From an uncultured bacterium (GTDB lineage: Bacteria; UBP7; UBA6624), in NCBI GenBank assembly GCA_964012435.1, contig CAXGSM010000002.1:634-64633 (forward strand): a DNA stretch of 64,000 nt, read 5' to 3'. Below the pieces are notes generated by a model. It worked only from the letters and a program-made list of their open reading frames with translations. It searched no databases and was not told the DNA's origin. A program made the translations under genes and the position numbers. Shown here in pieces: positions 37,746-48,114 of the stretch; the stretch's first letter is position 1, and each line of letters opens with the position of its first letter.

Positions 37746-38521
37746 ATAAAAAAATAATAATTTTCCTCTTTCTAGCCCTTAACTCCTGCTCAGGATCACA
37801 ACCAACCAGTGCTAGGGTTCCTTCAGCCGCAACAAGCACAAAAAATAGACCTCCAGTTATTGAAAGTTTAGAAACAAGTCCAAAGTTTGTTTCTTTTTCT
37901 GGGGAAGCTACAACAAGAGCGATAGCTTCAGATCCAGATTTTGATAGATTGGATTTTTCATGGGAGGTTACGGGTGGAAAAATTCTAGAAGGGAAAAATA
38001 CTCCTTTTATAAAATGGAAAGCTGATGAAACGTCTGAAAAAGTGAATATAAAAGTTACGGTAAAAGATTCAGATGGCTACAAGGAAGAAAACCTTGAAAT
38101 AAAACTTACAAAAAAAAGCGCTTTTCTAGAGGAAAAAAAACCAAAAAAAGAAGAACATGGCGAAGAATATAAAATTTTTCTAAAAACAGCTAATGTTGAT
38201 TCTTTTAGCATGTCCAATATTCAAATCAACTACCCTTCAGAAAAGATAAAACTGAAAAGCATCATCTTCAATGGTCTAGAAAAAAAGGATCATGAAAACT
38301 GGTATTCAATCATAGATAGCTCGACAGTAGGAAGGATAAAAATAACCCTCTTCCCAAAAGAGAAAAAGGAAAGAATGGGGGGTAAGATTGCTACATTAAA
38401 TTTCATCTTGAGAGATGACTCTTATCCATCGATTAATGATTTTTCTTTTAAACAAACTGGAAAAGAAATAGGCTTTTGGGACAATGCTAAAAAAGTTATT
38501 CCGATAGCTTTATCAAAATAA
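37742..38521 (+). CDS. lipoprotein with PKD/Ig-like domain
   Basis: Lipobox LALNSCSG. DPDFDRLDFSWEVTGGKI...VTVKDSDG is PKD-like. The TTG start is forced (no ATG before the lipobox) and forms a TTGA junction. Confidence 0.6.
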   Translation: MNKKIIIFLFLALNSCSGSQPTSARVPSAATSTKNRPPVIESLETSPKFVSFSGEATTRAIASDPDFDRLDFSWEVTGGKILEGKNTPFIKWKADETSEKVNIKVTVKDSDGYKEENLEIKLTKKSAFLEEKKPKKEEHGEEYKIFLKTANVDSFSMSNIQINYPSEKIKLKSIIFNGLEKKDHENWYSIIDSSTVGRIKITLFPKEKKERMGGKIATLNFILRDDSYPSINDFSFKQTGKEIGFWDNAKKVIPIALSK

Positions 38522-38534
38522 AACTCTAACCAAG

Positions 38535-41333
38535 ATGTCTAGAAATATATTTATACAAGGTGCAAAAATCCATAATTTAAAGAATATAAATGTTGAAATA
38601 CTAGGCAATAAACTAACTGTTGTATCTGGCTTAAGCGGTTCTGGCAAATCTTCATTAGCGTTTGATACGCTTTACTCAGAGGGAAGAAGGCTGTATCTTG
38701 ATAGTCTTTCAACTTATGCAAAACAATTTTTAGGAGATTTAAAAAAATCAAACATAGACAACATAGAAGGAATATCTCCAGCAATAGCAATAAATCAGGC
38801 ACCTCTATCAAAAAACCCAAGATCAACAGTTGGAACAGCAACAGAATTATTGGATTTTTTAAGATTGCTTTATGGCAGAGCCGGAGTCCCCTACTGTCCA
38901 AAATCAAACAAAAAGGCTGTGTCGCAAAGCTCAGAATCAATTTTAAAAAAACTTTTAAACTATAAAAAGGGAACAAAATATATCATTTATGCGCCGATTG
39001 AAAGATCAAAAAAAGGAGAATTTCAAAACCTTATAACAGCTTTAAAAACTGAGGGATATTCAAGATTAAGAATTGATAAAAACATCTATAGACTTGATCA
39101 AAAAATCGAACTAGAAAAAAACAAAAGGCACGACATAGATCTTGTAATAGACAGGCTAATCGCAGGAGGTGATGAAAAAAGAATATCAAGATCAATAAAA
39201 ACTGCTTTGGAAAAAGGAAAGGGGCAAATGATCGTTGAAAATTTATCCGAAAAAAAAGAAAAAACCTATAGTGAATTGTTCATCTCACCAGAAACTGGAG
39301 AAACTATACCTCCATTAAACCCAAGATTTTTTTCTTTCAACTCTCCAGAAGGAGCTTGCAAAAAATGCAAAGGTATTGGCGTTATTGAACAGGTTGATAT
39401 TGATGCATTAATAAATTGGAATGCAAGCTTGATTAATGGCGGCATAAAGGCTTTAAAAGAAAGACTTTTAGACAGATGGCATCAAGCTTCCGCAAGAGGA
39501 ATCATGGAATCTTTTGGAGAAGATTCAACTAAAAAATTAAAAGATATTGATAAAAATATTTTAAATATTATCATTTTTGGATCTGGTGAAGAGAAAATTT
39601 CTTACATTATGAGTTCAAGAAGGGGTAAAAAATATCATTTCAACCATGTTGTTAAAGGGATATCAGCAGCACTTTGGAAAAAAATGTCAAACACAAAAAG
39701 CCCAAGCATCAAAAAAAGAGTACAAAAATATATATCTCAAAAAATATGCCCTAAATGCAAAGGGCAAAGGCTTAAAGATGCAGCATTAGCTGCACGTTTT
39801 GCTGAAATGAGCTTTTCAGAGCTCTCTCAAATGTCATTAAAACAAATGCATTCATGGGTCAAAAAAATTAAAATTCCAGCAACTGAAAAGCAGATTGCTG
39901 AACCTATATTAAAAGAAATCAAAAATCGTCTTGATTTTTTAATTGAAGTTGGCGTTGGATATCTAGAAATAGACAGACTTTCTTCAACTTTATCCGGAGG
40001 GGAGTCAAAGAGAATAAAACTAGCAAAGCAAATTGGAGGCAAAATGTCTGGTGTTCTTTATGTTCTTGATGAACCAACAATTGGCTTACACCCTAACGAC
40101 ACATCAAAATTAATAAAATCATTAAAATCCCTAGTCGATTTAGGCAATACTGTAGTTGTTGTGGAGCATGACCCTGAAACAATAAAAAAAGCTGATGAAT
40201 TGATTGAAATAGGTCCTGGAGCTGGAATTTTTGGTGGCAGTATCATTTATCAAGGTTCCCCAAAAGATGCTGTAACTAACAAAAAAAGCCTTATAGGGCC
40301 CTGGCTAAACAAAAAACTTCAAATAAAAAAGGCAAAACGAAAATTGCAAGCTGGAATAAAAATAAAAAAAGCAAAAGTTAATAATTTAAAAAATATATCA
40401 ATTTCAATACCCTCTAAAGGCATGATTGTCCTATGCGGCCCTTCAGGATCAGGAAAAAGCAGTTTGCTTGAAGGGGTCATAAGCAATGGATATAAAGAAA
40501 TAAAATCTCAAGAAAAACTGTCAAATGAAATTGCTGAAAGAATTGACTCAATAGATATTTATGAGAAAGTTGAGCTAATAGACCAATCTCCAATAGGGAG
40601 AACCCCTAGAAGCAATCCTGCTACATATACTGACATATTCACAATAATAAGAAATATTTTTTCAAAAACACACGAATCTCAAAGCCAAGGCTACAATGCT
40701 GGATTTTTCTCATTTAATGTCCCTGGTGGCAGATGTGAAGCCTGCAAAGGTAGCGGTTACCAAGAGGTAGAAATGCATTTTTTAGCTGATGTATCTGTAA
40801 AATGTGCTTCCTGCAATGGCGAAAGGTATGGAGAAGAAGGGCTTTCTGTAAAATATAAAGGACTGAATATATCTCAGGTACTAAACCTCTCAGTTGATGA
40901 GGCGAAAGATTTCTTTTCAGATGTTTCAATACTTAAAAAAAGACTTGAAATATTGTCAAAAGTTGGACTTGGCTATATATCTTTAGGTCAACCAGCTACA
41001 ACTTTATCCGGAGGAGAGGCTCAGAGGCTAAAGTTATCAAAACATCTTGGAAAAAAAAGAAAAGGGAAATCGCTAATACTTCTAGACGAACCAACAACAG
41101 GACTTCATCCAAACGACATAAGCAAGCTAATAAATGTATTTGACGAACTCATAGACCAAGGCAATACACTTATAGTAATAGAGCACAATTTACAAATCCT
41201 CTCTTACGCTGACTGGGTTATCGAAATGGGTAAAGAAGGCGGCAAGAAGGGGGGCGAGATTGTGTTTGAAGGAGATCTCGATGCCTTAAGGCAAGCAAGT
41301 ACACTTACGTCAAAAGAGATAAAAAAATGGTAA
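38535..41333 (+). CDS. uvrA: excinuclease ABC subunit A
   Basis: GLSGSGKSSLAFDTLY, zinc modules (CKKCKG, CPKCKG, CEACKG), two LSGGE signatures and a second Walker A GPSGSGKSS. 932 aa. Confidence 0.95.
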   Translation: MSRNIFIQGAKIHNLKNINVEILGNKLTVVSGLSGSGKSSLAFDTLYSEGRRLYLDSLSTYAKQFLGDLKKSNIDNIEGISPAIAINQAPLSKNPRSTVGTATELLDFLRLLYGRAGVPYCPKSNKKAVSQSSESILKKLLNYKKGTKYIIYAPIERSKKGEFQNLITALKTEGYSRLRIDKNIYRLDQKIELEKNKRHDIDLVIDRLIAGGDEKRISRSIKTALEKGKGQMIVENLSEKKEKTYSELFISPETGETIPPLNPRFFSFNSPEGACKKCKGIGVIEQVDIDALINWNASLINGGIKALKERLLDRWHQASARGIMESFGEDSTKKLKDIDKNILNIIIFGSGEEKISYIMSSRRGKKYHFNHVVKGISAALWKKMSNTKSPSIKKRVQKYISQKICPKCKGQRLKDAALAARFAEMSFSELSQMSLKQMHSWVKKIKIPATEKQIAEPILKEIKNRLDFLIEVGVGYLEIDRLSSTLSGGESKRIKLAKQIGGKMSGVLYVLDEPTIGLHPNDTSKLIKSLKSLVDLGNTVVVVEHDPETIKKADELIEIGPGAGIFGGSIIYQGSPKDAVTNKKSLIGPWLNKKLQIKKAKRKLQAGIKIKKAKVNNLKNISISIPSKGMIVLCGPSGSGKSSLLEGVISNGYKEIKSQEKLSNEIAERIDSIDIYEKVELIDQSPIGRTPRSNPATYTDIFTIIRNIFSKTHESQSQGYNAGFFSFNVPGGRCEACKGSGYQEVEMHFLADVSVKCASCNGERYGEEGLSVKYKGLNISQVLNLSVDEAKDFFSDVSILKKRLEILSKVGLGYISLGQPATTLSGGEAQRLKLSKHLGKKRKGKSLILLDEPTTGLHPNDISKLINVFDELIDQGNTLIVIEHNLQILSYADWVIEMGKEGGKKGGEIVFEGDLDALRQASTLTSKEIKKW

Positions 41334-41334
41334 A

Positions 41335-42939
41335 GTGAACATTGCTGAAAAAATGAAAAAAAACATTTCAAACATTCCTAATCTTCCTGGAATTTATAAA
41401 TTTATATCTAAAAAAAATGAAATTTTATATATAGGAAAAGCAAAAAATCTTAAAAAAAGAATCAAAAGCTGGATACATAAAAAAAAAGAAAACAAAAAAG
41501 AAAAAATATTAATATCATCAATCAACCAAATTGAATTCACAATCACAAAAAATGAAAACTCTGCGCTCATTCTCGAATCTCAAGAAATAAAATTACATAA
41601 ACCTAAATTTAATGTTCTTTTGAAGGATGATAAAACATATCCGTATATAAGCATAATCAAAGACTCATATCCATATTTAAAAATTTCTAGAACAATCAAT
41701 AAAAAACATACATACATTGGCCCTTTTTCCAACTCTAAATCAGTGAGGAAAACTATTTCATTCCTTGAAAGAAATTTTGGAATAAGACCCTGCAGATATG
41801 ATCTAGAAAAAAAATCAATAAAATCCTGTGTTTACTATCAAATGAAGCAATGCCCTGCTCCGTGCGAAAAAAAAATAGACAAAAAATCATATCAAGCAAC
41901 TGTTAATTCAGCAGTAGATTTTATAAATGGTAAAAAAAACAATATTTTTAAAATTCTCGAAAATCAGATGGCAGAAGCTTCAAATTTAAAAAGGTATGAG
42001 CTGGCAGCGCAATACAGAGACAGAATCATTAGTCTAAAATCAATTGTAAAAGCAAAAAAAGACAGTCTCAAAACAGATGTAAATTCTGATTTAATACTAT
42101 TGATCGAAAATGATTCAAATACTTTATTCAGTATACTTAAAATCAGAAATGGAAGAGTGTTTGACCCGCTCAAATACACGGTCAAAAACCCAATACTAAA
42201 AAGTTATGAAAGTGTTTTCATTAAGGCGATAGAGCAATATTATGCACAAAATAATATTCCAAAAAAAATAATCATCAACCCAGGTTTAAAACATATTAGA
42301 GCCTTAAAAGAAATACCTATGTTTTCAAAAACAAAGATAAGAACTCCATTTTTCAAATGGGAAAAAGAAAAAATGAATGAACTGTATAAAAATACACTGA
42401 TCAAAAAAAATAAACTAAATAAAAATAATCAAAAATCTTTAAATGAACTTGCTGAAAAAATAGATCTTGGTTATCCTCCAAAATATATTGAGGGTTTTGA
42501 TGTATCAAATCTTATGGGTGAAAATGCAGTAGCAAGTCAAGTCTGTTATAAAAATGGCAAATATGAAAAAAAATTAACAAGAAATTACATAATCAAATCA
42601 ATTAAAAGCATAGATGATCCACGAATGATTGCCGAAGTGATATCCAGAAGATGCAAGCAAATTATCAATAATGGAAAACAGCCAGATTTAATACTTGTCG
42701 ATGGGGGAATCACTCAATTAAAGTCAACCGTAAAAACACTTAAAGAACATTTTTTAAATATACCTGTCGTAAGTATTGCAAAAAAATTTGAAAAAATTTA
42801 CTCAGGAGAAACTTTGAAAGAGGTAAGGATGCAAAAAAACTCACCGGCTCATAATTTATTAATAAAAATAAGAAACGATGCTCATAGAGTTGCTTTACGA
42901 CACCATAGGAAATTAAGAAAAAAGAATACTTTTATTTGA
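41335..42939 (+). CDS. uvrC: excinuclease ABC subunit C, short form without C-terminal (HhH)2
   Basis: GIY-YIG (GIYKFISKKNEILYIGKAKNLKKR), a UVR-like region (YELAAQYRDRI) and an Endo-V-like domain ending RNDAHRVALRHHRKLRKK. 534 aa. GTG start. Confidence 0.85.
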   Translation: MNIAEKMKKNISNIPNLPGIYKFISKKNEILYIGKAKNLKKRIKSWIHKKKENKKEKILISSINQIEFTITKNENSALILESQEIKLHKPKFNVLLKDDKTYPYISIIKDSYPYLKISRTINKKHTYIGPFSNSKSVRKTISFLERNFGIRPCRYDLEKKSIKSCVYYQMKQCPAPCEKKIDKKSYQATVNSAVDFINGKKNNIFKILENQMAEASNLKRYELAAQYRDRIISLKSIVKAKKDSLKTDVNSDLILLIENDSNTLFSILKIRNGRVFDPLKYTVKNPILKSYESVFIKAIEQYYAQNNIPKKIIINPGLKHIRALKEIPMFSKTKIRTPFFKWEKEKMNELYKNTLIKKNKLNKNNQKSLNELAEKIDLGYPPKYIEGFDVSNLMGENAVASQVCYKNGKYEKKLTRNYIIKSIKSIDDPRMIAEVISRRCKQIINNGKQPDLILVDGGITQLKSTVKTLKEHFLNIPVVSIAKKFEKIYSGETLKEVRMQKNSPAHNLLIKIRNDAHRVALRHHRKLRKKNTFI

Positions 42940-44044
42940 TTTGGAAAACAAGACCGCACTTTTCAAGTCTTCTCAATATAATTTTTGAAGGAAGGTCAGC
43001 TTCATGCTTTAAAACACCTGCTTTCAACTTGTCTCGCATTGCCAATCTTGCTATCTCAGCAGCAGGAAAGCCGGTAGCTCTTTCCATTGATGTTAAACCT
43101 GTCACTGGATCATTTTGATCTATTAATAAAATTTCCATTTTTGATTTGTCTCCACTTACCTTAACAAGAAGAACAACCAAGTCCTCTTTTGAAGTTGGAA
43201 TTTTTTCTCCGAGCTTTTCTTCTGCAGAAGCTAAAGCATCTTCTTGCCAATTCGTTTCAAAAAAACCTTCTTTTTTCCATCTGAACATTAAATCCCAATG
43301 ACCAGGCCATCTTAATGTTTTATATTTATAACTATTTAAGATACCATGAAAAGTATTTGCTGAAGTGCTTATTCCTCCCCTTGTAAGTGAAGCTTCAAGC
43401 TTGCCTATTTTATCTATTTTGACTTCTTCTTTTCCATCTAGACATTCTCTGATTCTTAATTCACCTTCCTCTAGAATGGTTTCACATCCAGAATATTCGT
43501 TCAAAAGTCCTTCAGCAGCAAAAAACAAATAATGCTTAAATTTATTTTCTAATGGTTCTTTTGGCAATCCCCCACAAAAAATACTTACATCCTTTGCATC
43601 ATCTACTCTAGATAAACCATAAGAAGCGAGAAGCTGCCCTAACCCAGGGGCTAGCCCACAATCAGGCACGATAGCGACACCTTGCTCTAACGCTTCTTGG
43701 TTCATATCATGCTGTAATGCAACAACATCAGGGTTACCTCCAAGGTCAACATAGTGCATATTGTTTGATATTGCATATTTTGTTAACTTTTGTGAAAACA
43801 TGTATGAAGCTGAATTTACTATGGCATCAGGCTTATACATCAAAACCCAATCATCAGGATTAGATGCATCTAATGCTTGAAATTGTATGCTTGCACTTTC
43901 AGGCAGGTGTTTGTTGGAGAAATTAATAAAATCAGCAATTTTTTCTGAATCATTATCTGCAAGAATTATCTCATGATCAAAAGACAAATTATAAGCAATT
44001 GCCCTCCCCTGTCTGCCTGCTCCCAATATCAAAACTCTTGCCAT
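42932..44044 (-). CDS. saccharopine dehydrogenase-family NAD(P)-binding oxidoreductase
   Basis: RVLILGAGRQGRAIA Rossmann fold and a PDCGLAPGLG mid-motif typical of the family. 370 aa. Confidence 0.65.
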   Translation of the reverse strand: MARVLILGAGRQGRAIAYNLSFDHEIILADNDSEKIADFINFSNKHLPESASIQFQALDASNPDDWVLMYKPDAIVNSASYMFSQKLTKYAISNNMHYVDLGGNPDVVALQHDMNQEALEQGVAIVPDCGLAPGLGQLLASYGLSRVDDAKDVSIFCGGLPKEPLENKFKHYLFFAAEGLLNEYSGCETILEEGELRIRECLDGKEEVKIDKIGKLEASLTRGGISTSANTFHGILNSYKYKTLRWPGHWDLMFRWKKEGFFETNWQEDALASAEEKLGEKIPTSKEDLVVLLVKVSGDKSKMEILLIDQNDPVTGLTSMERATGFPAAEIARLAMRDKLKAGVLKHEADLPSKIILRRLEKCGLVFQIK

Positions 44045-44124
44045 CTACACAAATCATACCAACCAGTAACAAAGATTAGGTTTTAGAATTGAATTAAAAT
44101 TAAGTAACAATAGGAGTAAAAAAA

Positions 44125-45207
44125 ATGTCTTTAATCTCTTTGGCAATGCTAACAGATCCAAAATGGGGAGAGTTCTTGTCTAATTTTATTATCTATCCCT
44201 TTGCAGGATGGTTTATCGGTGTAATACTATTGGGTCTTTTTCATAAGAAGCTAACCTCTTACCTTGAAGGTAAAGGTAAAAAAGAAGCTGAAAAAACTGT
44301 AAAGGGTATAGAGAAGCCTTTATCTTGGCTCATCATTATTCTTGCAACAGAAAAAGGCTGGAACGATCAACAGGGCTCACTACAGCTAACTGAACTTACC
44401 GAGACAATAGAAAAAATATTCTTTGTAATTATCGCAATAGCTATTGCAAGTTCAACAAAACATATTGTTAATTTTATTTTTGCATCTGTCCTTGAGCCTA
44501 TTGCTGAGAAAAGTAAAGGAAAAATTGATGATCAAATTATTGCAGTTTTAAAAAATTCTTCTGGTGGGCTAGTTTGGATAGTGGCATTTGTTGTCATTAT
44601 TAGTGGTCTTGGCTACGATGTTATGGGCCTTGTTGCTGGACTTGGTATAGGAGGTCTTGCATTTGCACTTGCAGCAAAAGATACATTGTCTCAAGCTTTT
44701 GGAGGGATAGTTTTATTTATGGATAGACCATTTGAGGTTGGGGATTCAGTTGAAATAGATGGGGTTAGAGGTGATGTTGAGGAAATAGGATTGAGGTCAA
44801 CAAAACTAAGAGGCTTAGACAAAACTGCAATCATAATACCTAATGCAACAGTCTCATCTGCAACAATAACTAACAGAAGCAGACGTTCAGGTTTTAGACA
44901 GGAAGTTGTCTTAGGGCTTGTTTACAACACATCATTTGATCTTATAAATAAAGCAAAAGAAACACTTGAAACAATAATAAAAAAACATCCTGAAACGCAA
45001 GATAAATGCTGGGTTAACCTTCTAGAGTTTGGTGACTCTTCATTAAATCTTGAAGTTGTTTACTGGATCAGAAAAAAATCAGGAGGTGACCTTAGAAAAG
45101 TTAGGCATGAGGTGAATATGACAATACTTCAAGAATTCAATAATTTAAACCTTGAATTTGCCTTCCCAACAACAACGATTGATTGGAATCCTCCAAAAAA
45201 AGATTAA
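44125..45207 (+). CDS. mechanosensitive ion channel (MscS family)
   Basis: TM helices followed by the MscS core (GGIVLFMDRPFEVGDSVEIDGVRGDVEEIGLRSTKLR...IIPNA). Confidence 0.85.
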   Translation: MSLISLAMLTDPKWGEFLSNFIIYPFAGWFIGVILLGLFHKKLTSYLEGKGKKEAEKTVKGIEKPLSWLIIILATEKGWNDQQGSLQLTELTETIEKIFFVIIAIAIASSTKHIVNFIFASVLEPIAEKSKGKIDDQIIAVLKNSSGGLVWIVAFVVIISGLGYDVMGLVAGLGIGGLAFALAAKDTLSQAFGGIVLFMDRPFEVGDSVEIDGVRGDVEEIGLRSTKLRGLDKTAIIIPNATVSSATITNRSRRSGFRQEVVLGLVYNTSFDLINKAKETLETIIKKHPETQDKCWVNLLEFGDSSLNLEVVYWIRKKSGGDLRKVRHEVNMTILQEFNNLNLEFAFPTTTIDWNPPKKD

Positions 45208-45857
45208 TGAAATTATTTTTTGGATTATATTTTTTGCTTTTTGTAGCAGCTCCAAAAGAAGAAGCGTCATTGATCTTAAAGCCATTAATAGAAGCTTATA
45301 TTGAATTTGAAGGCAGTCCTCCAAGCAATTGTGAAGAGATGAGAAGATCTCCTGCTTTTTTTATCACGTTGAAAAATAATGCAGGCCAGATTCTTGGTTG
45401 TAAAAATTTAAAATCAAAACCAGTGGAAGGTGCAGGATTTTCAAAATGGGGTATATTTTCAAGTAATGAAACAAAAACAATTAGCTATTTTTCAGAAAAA
45501 ATAAAACTTTTTGAAAAGCCAGAAAGACAGCAGTGGGAAAAAATTCCACTGGGTCAAGCTTTTGCTAGACTCTTAGGCAAGGCTAAAAGAATATGGAGAA
45601 TTGAAAAAAATGGAAATCATCCTCAATTCCAAGATCTAAAATCATTTGGAGGGAATTTGCTGGGTAAATCAATTCCTCATGGCGTTTGGAAAAATGGAAC
45701 ATTGGCAGAAGGGTCAATAGAAGGAACTTTGGAAGATGCAATATCTAGATTTGATAAAAATTTACCAGGCTGGATAATAGATATTAAAAATAACTGGGTT
45801 TATGAAGTGAAGATTGCTGATGAAAAAACAGAAATTTCATTTTTTTCCTTGGATTAA
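45207..45857 (+). CDS. hypothetical exported protein
   Basis: The ATG at 45207 overlaps the mscS stop (TAATG). Signal-like MKLFFGLYFLLFVAAP. No family recognised. Confidence 0.5.
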   Translation: MKLFFGLYFLLFVAAPKEEASLILKPLIEAYIEFEGSPPSNCEEMRRSPAFFITLKNNAGQILGCKNLKSKPVEGAGFSKWGIFSSNETKTISYFSEKIKLFEKPERQQWEKIPLGQAFARLLGKAKRIWRIEKNGNHPQFQDLKSFGGNLLGKSIPHGVWKNGTLAEGSIEGTLEDAISRFDKNLPGWIIDIKNNWVYEVKIADEKTEISFFSLD

Positions 45858-45859
45858 TA

Positions 45860-47227
45860 ATGATTGAAAAAAAAATCAAAAAACATATACCTAAAAAAAT
45901 ATTTGAACTTGATGAAGTTTGGATTGTTGGCGGCGCAATAAGAGAAGCCTTATCGGATCAAAACAATCTCATAACAGAAATTGACATAGCATCAAATGCA
46001 AAGAATAAAAAAAAAATAGAACAAATATTTCAAAAAAAATATGGCAATTTTCATAAAATCAACAAAAAATTAAAAACTGTAAGATTTCAAAATGAAAAAA
46101 TCAATATTGATATTACTTATTTTGAACAATCAATAAAAGATGACCTTTTAAGGAGAGATTTTAAAATGAATGCAATTGCATGGAATGACAAAAAAGGATT
46201 CTATGACCCCTTAAATGGATTGGAGGATATAAAAAATAAAGAAATTTCAAGCTGTACAGTTAATTCAATAAAAGATGACCCAATCCGAATTCTTAGAGCT
46301 TTCAGATTTGCAACGAAAAATAGCTTTTCACTAAGTGAAAATCTAAAAAATGAAATAAATAAATATAAAAATTTATTAAAAAAATGTGCTGGAGAAAGGA
46401 TCCATAATGAAATAAAAAAAGGATTCAAGCTAAATCCTCACAAGTTTGCAAATCTGATGGTAAAAACAAATATTTTAGAAATTATTTTTGACGAATGGAA
46501 ACATACAAAAAAATGCAAAGCTAATCAGGATTCAAAGATAACCGTTGAAGAACATTCACTAAAAGCTTTAAAGAAATTTCAAGAGGTTACTCTAGAGTTT
46601 AATCATTATTATCCGAAGTGGTCAAAACATATTGCAAATGAAAAAAAATGTAAATGGTGGTTTTACCTCTCAGTCTTATTTCATGATATTGGAAAGCCTA
46701 GAACAGCAATTATCCAAAATCAAAAGATGACATATCCAAAACATGCTCAAATTGGATTTTCTTTAATAGAAAAAAATCTTGAAGAACTAAGGTTTTCAAA
46801 TGAAGAAAAAAAAGGTATACAAGAAACTATATCTGGCCACTTAAGAGTTTCACAAATATCAAACAATAATGAGAATCCAACAAAAAAAGCAATGAATAGA
46901 TTTTTCAGAACCTTCAAAGAAAATTCTATTTTCATGATATTGTTAGATTTTTCTGATGCGAATGCCTACCCGGCAAAAATAAAAAAACAAATATTGACGG
47001 AAAAGCATTTAAAAATTCATGATATTCTTTTTGACGCATTTTTCCTTAAGCAAAATGAAATCTTGCCAGAACCATTGCTTAATGGCTCAGACCTTATGGA
47101 TATAGGTTACCCTGAAGGGCCTTTGATAGGAAAAACGTTAAAAAAAATAAAAAATCTTCAAATCAATGACAAAATCACCAATCAAAAAGATGCTTTGAAC
47201 TATGCAACAAAGGAATTAAACACTTAA
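45860..47227 (+). CDS. CCA-adding enzyme / poly(A) polymerase-family tRNA nucleotidyltransferase with HD domain
   Basis: GGAIRE...EIDIA head-domain motifs, RRDFKMNA, and an HD region (LSVLFHDIGKP). 455 aa. Confidence 0.75.
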   Translation: MIEKKIKKHIPKKIFELDEVWIVGGAIREALSDQNNLITEIDIASNAKNKKKIEQIFQKKYGNFHKINKKLKTVRFQNEKINIDITYFEQSIKDDLLRRDFKMNAIAWNDKKGFYDPLNGLEDIKNKEISSCTVNSIKDDPIRILRAFRFATKNSFSLSENLKNEINKYKNLLKKCAGERIHNEIKKGFKLNPHKFANLMVKTNILEIIFDEWKHTKKCKANQDSKITVEEHSLKALKKFQEVTLEFNHYYPKWSKHIANEKKCKWWFYLSVLFHDIGKPRTAIIQNQKMTYPKHAQIGFSLIEKNLEELRFSNEEKKGIQETISGHLRVSQISNNNENPTKKAMNRFFRTFKENSIFMILLDFSDANAYPAKIKKQILTEKHLKIHDILFDAFFLKQNEILPEPLLNGSDLMDIGYPEGPLIGKTLKKIKNLQINDKITNQKDALNYATKELNT

Positions 47228-48111
47228 TGATAGAAGTTATTCTTGGTGTTGTTCTTCTTGTTTTTGGTGGAGATATGGCTATTAATGCTGCAGATAAAAT
47301 TTCTAAAAAATTTGGCATATCAAATTTAACAATTGGTCTATCTTTAATTGCAATCATGACGAGCCTGCCAGAATTATTCACAAATATTGCAAGCGGCATG
47401 CAAAAGGAAGGAAATATAGCTTTAGGCAATGTTTATGGAAGCAATGCTTCTAATGCGCTACTAATAGGAGCAATAGCATTATTTTTTGGAACGCATGAAA
47501 AAGAATACAAGAAGATTAGCAATTATCTCGCAATTGCAGCTCCAGCAATACTATACATATTTTGCTTAAATTCAGAGATAAGCCAAACGGAATCTTTCAT
47601 TTTGCTTTTGACTTATATATTGTTTTCAAAAACATTATTCCCTGGAAAAAAAACAGCAAAAAATAAAAAAAGAATAGTAGATTTCAAAATATTTGCCCAG
47701 ATAGCAATATCCATTTTTTTACTTTGGAAAGGTGGAGATATAGCTGTAAGTGGAGCGATAAAACTTGCTGGACAATTTGGTTGGTCTGAAGTTTTTTCAG
47801 GATTAATCCTTGGTTTTGGAACAAGCCTGCCAGAATTAACAGTGACTTTTGCTGCTGTTAAGAAAAAAAATCTGGCAATCATATCTGGAAACCTGATTGG
47901 ATCAAATATTATGAATCCATTAGTTGCAATGCCTTTTTCTACAATTTCAGGAAATCTTCATGTTGCAAATAATGAAAAAATGGCATGGTGGGCAATATTA
48001 GGAACAATTATTTATATCTTTGGAACAACCCAGAATAAAAAAAATAAAAAAATTATTGCAAGTCTTTCGTTTTGTATGTTCCTGTGGATTATCCTTTCTT
48101 ATTCAGGTTAA
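47227..48111 (+). CDS. Ca2+/Na+ antiporter (CaCA / YrbG family)
   Basis: Two alpha-repeats (GLSLIAIMTSLPELFTNI and LILGFGTSLPELTVTF). 294 aa and polytopic. Confidence 0.8.
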   Translation: MIEVILGVVLLVFGGDMAINAADKISKKFGISNLTIGLSLIAIMTSLPELFTNIASGMQKEGNIALGNVYGSNASNALLIGAIALFFGTHEKEYKKISNYLAIAAPAILYIFCLNSEISQTESFILLLTYILFSKTLFPGKKTAKNKKRIVDFKIFAQIAISIFLLWKGGDIAVSGAIKLAGQFGWSEVFSGLILGFGTSLPELTVTFAAVKKKNLAIISGNLIGSNIMNPLVAMPFSTISGNLHVANNEKMAWWAILGTIIYIFGTTQNKKNKKIIASLSFCMFLWIILSYSG

Positions 48112-48114
48112 AAA

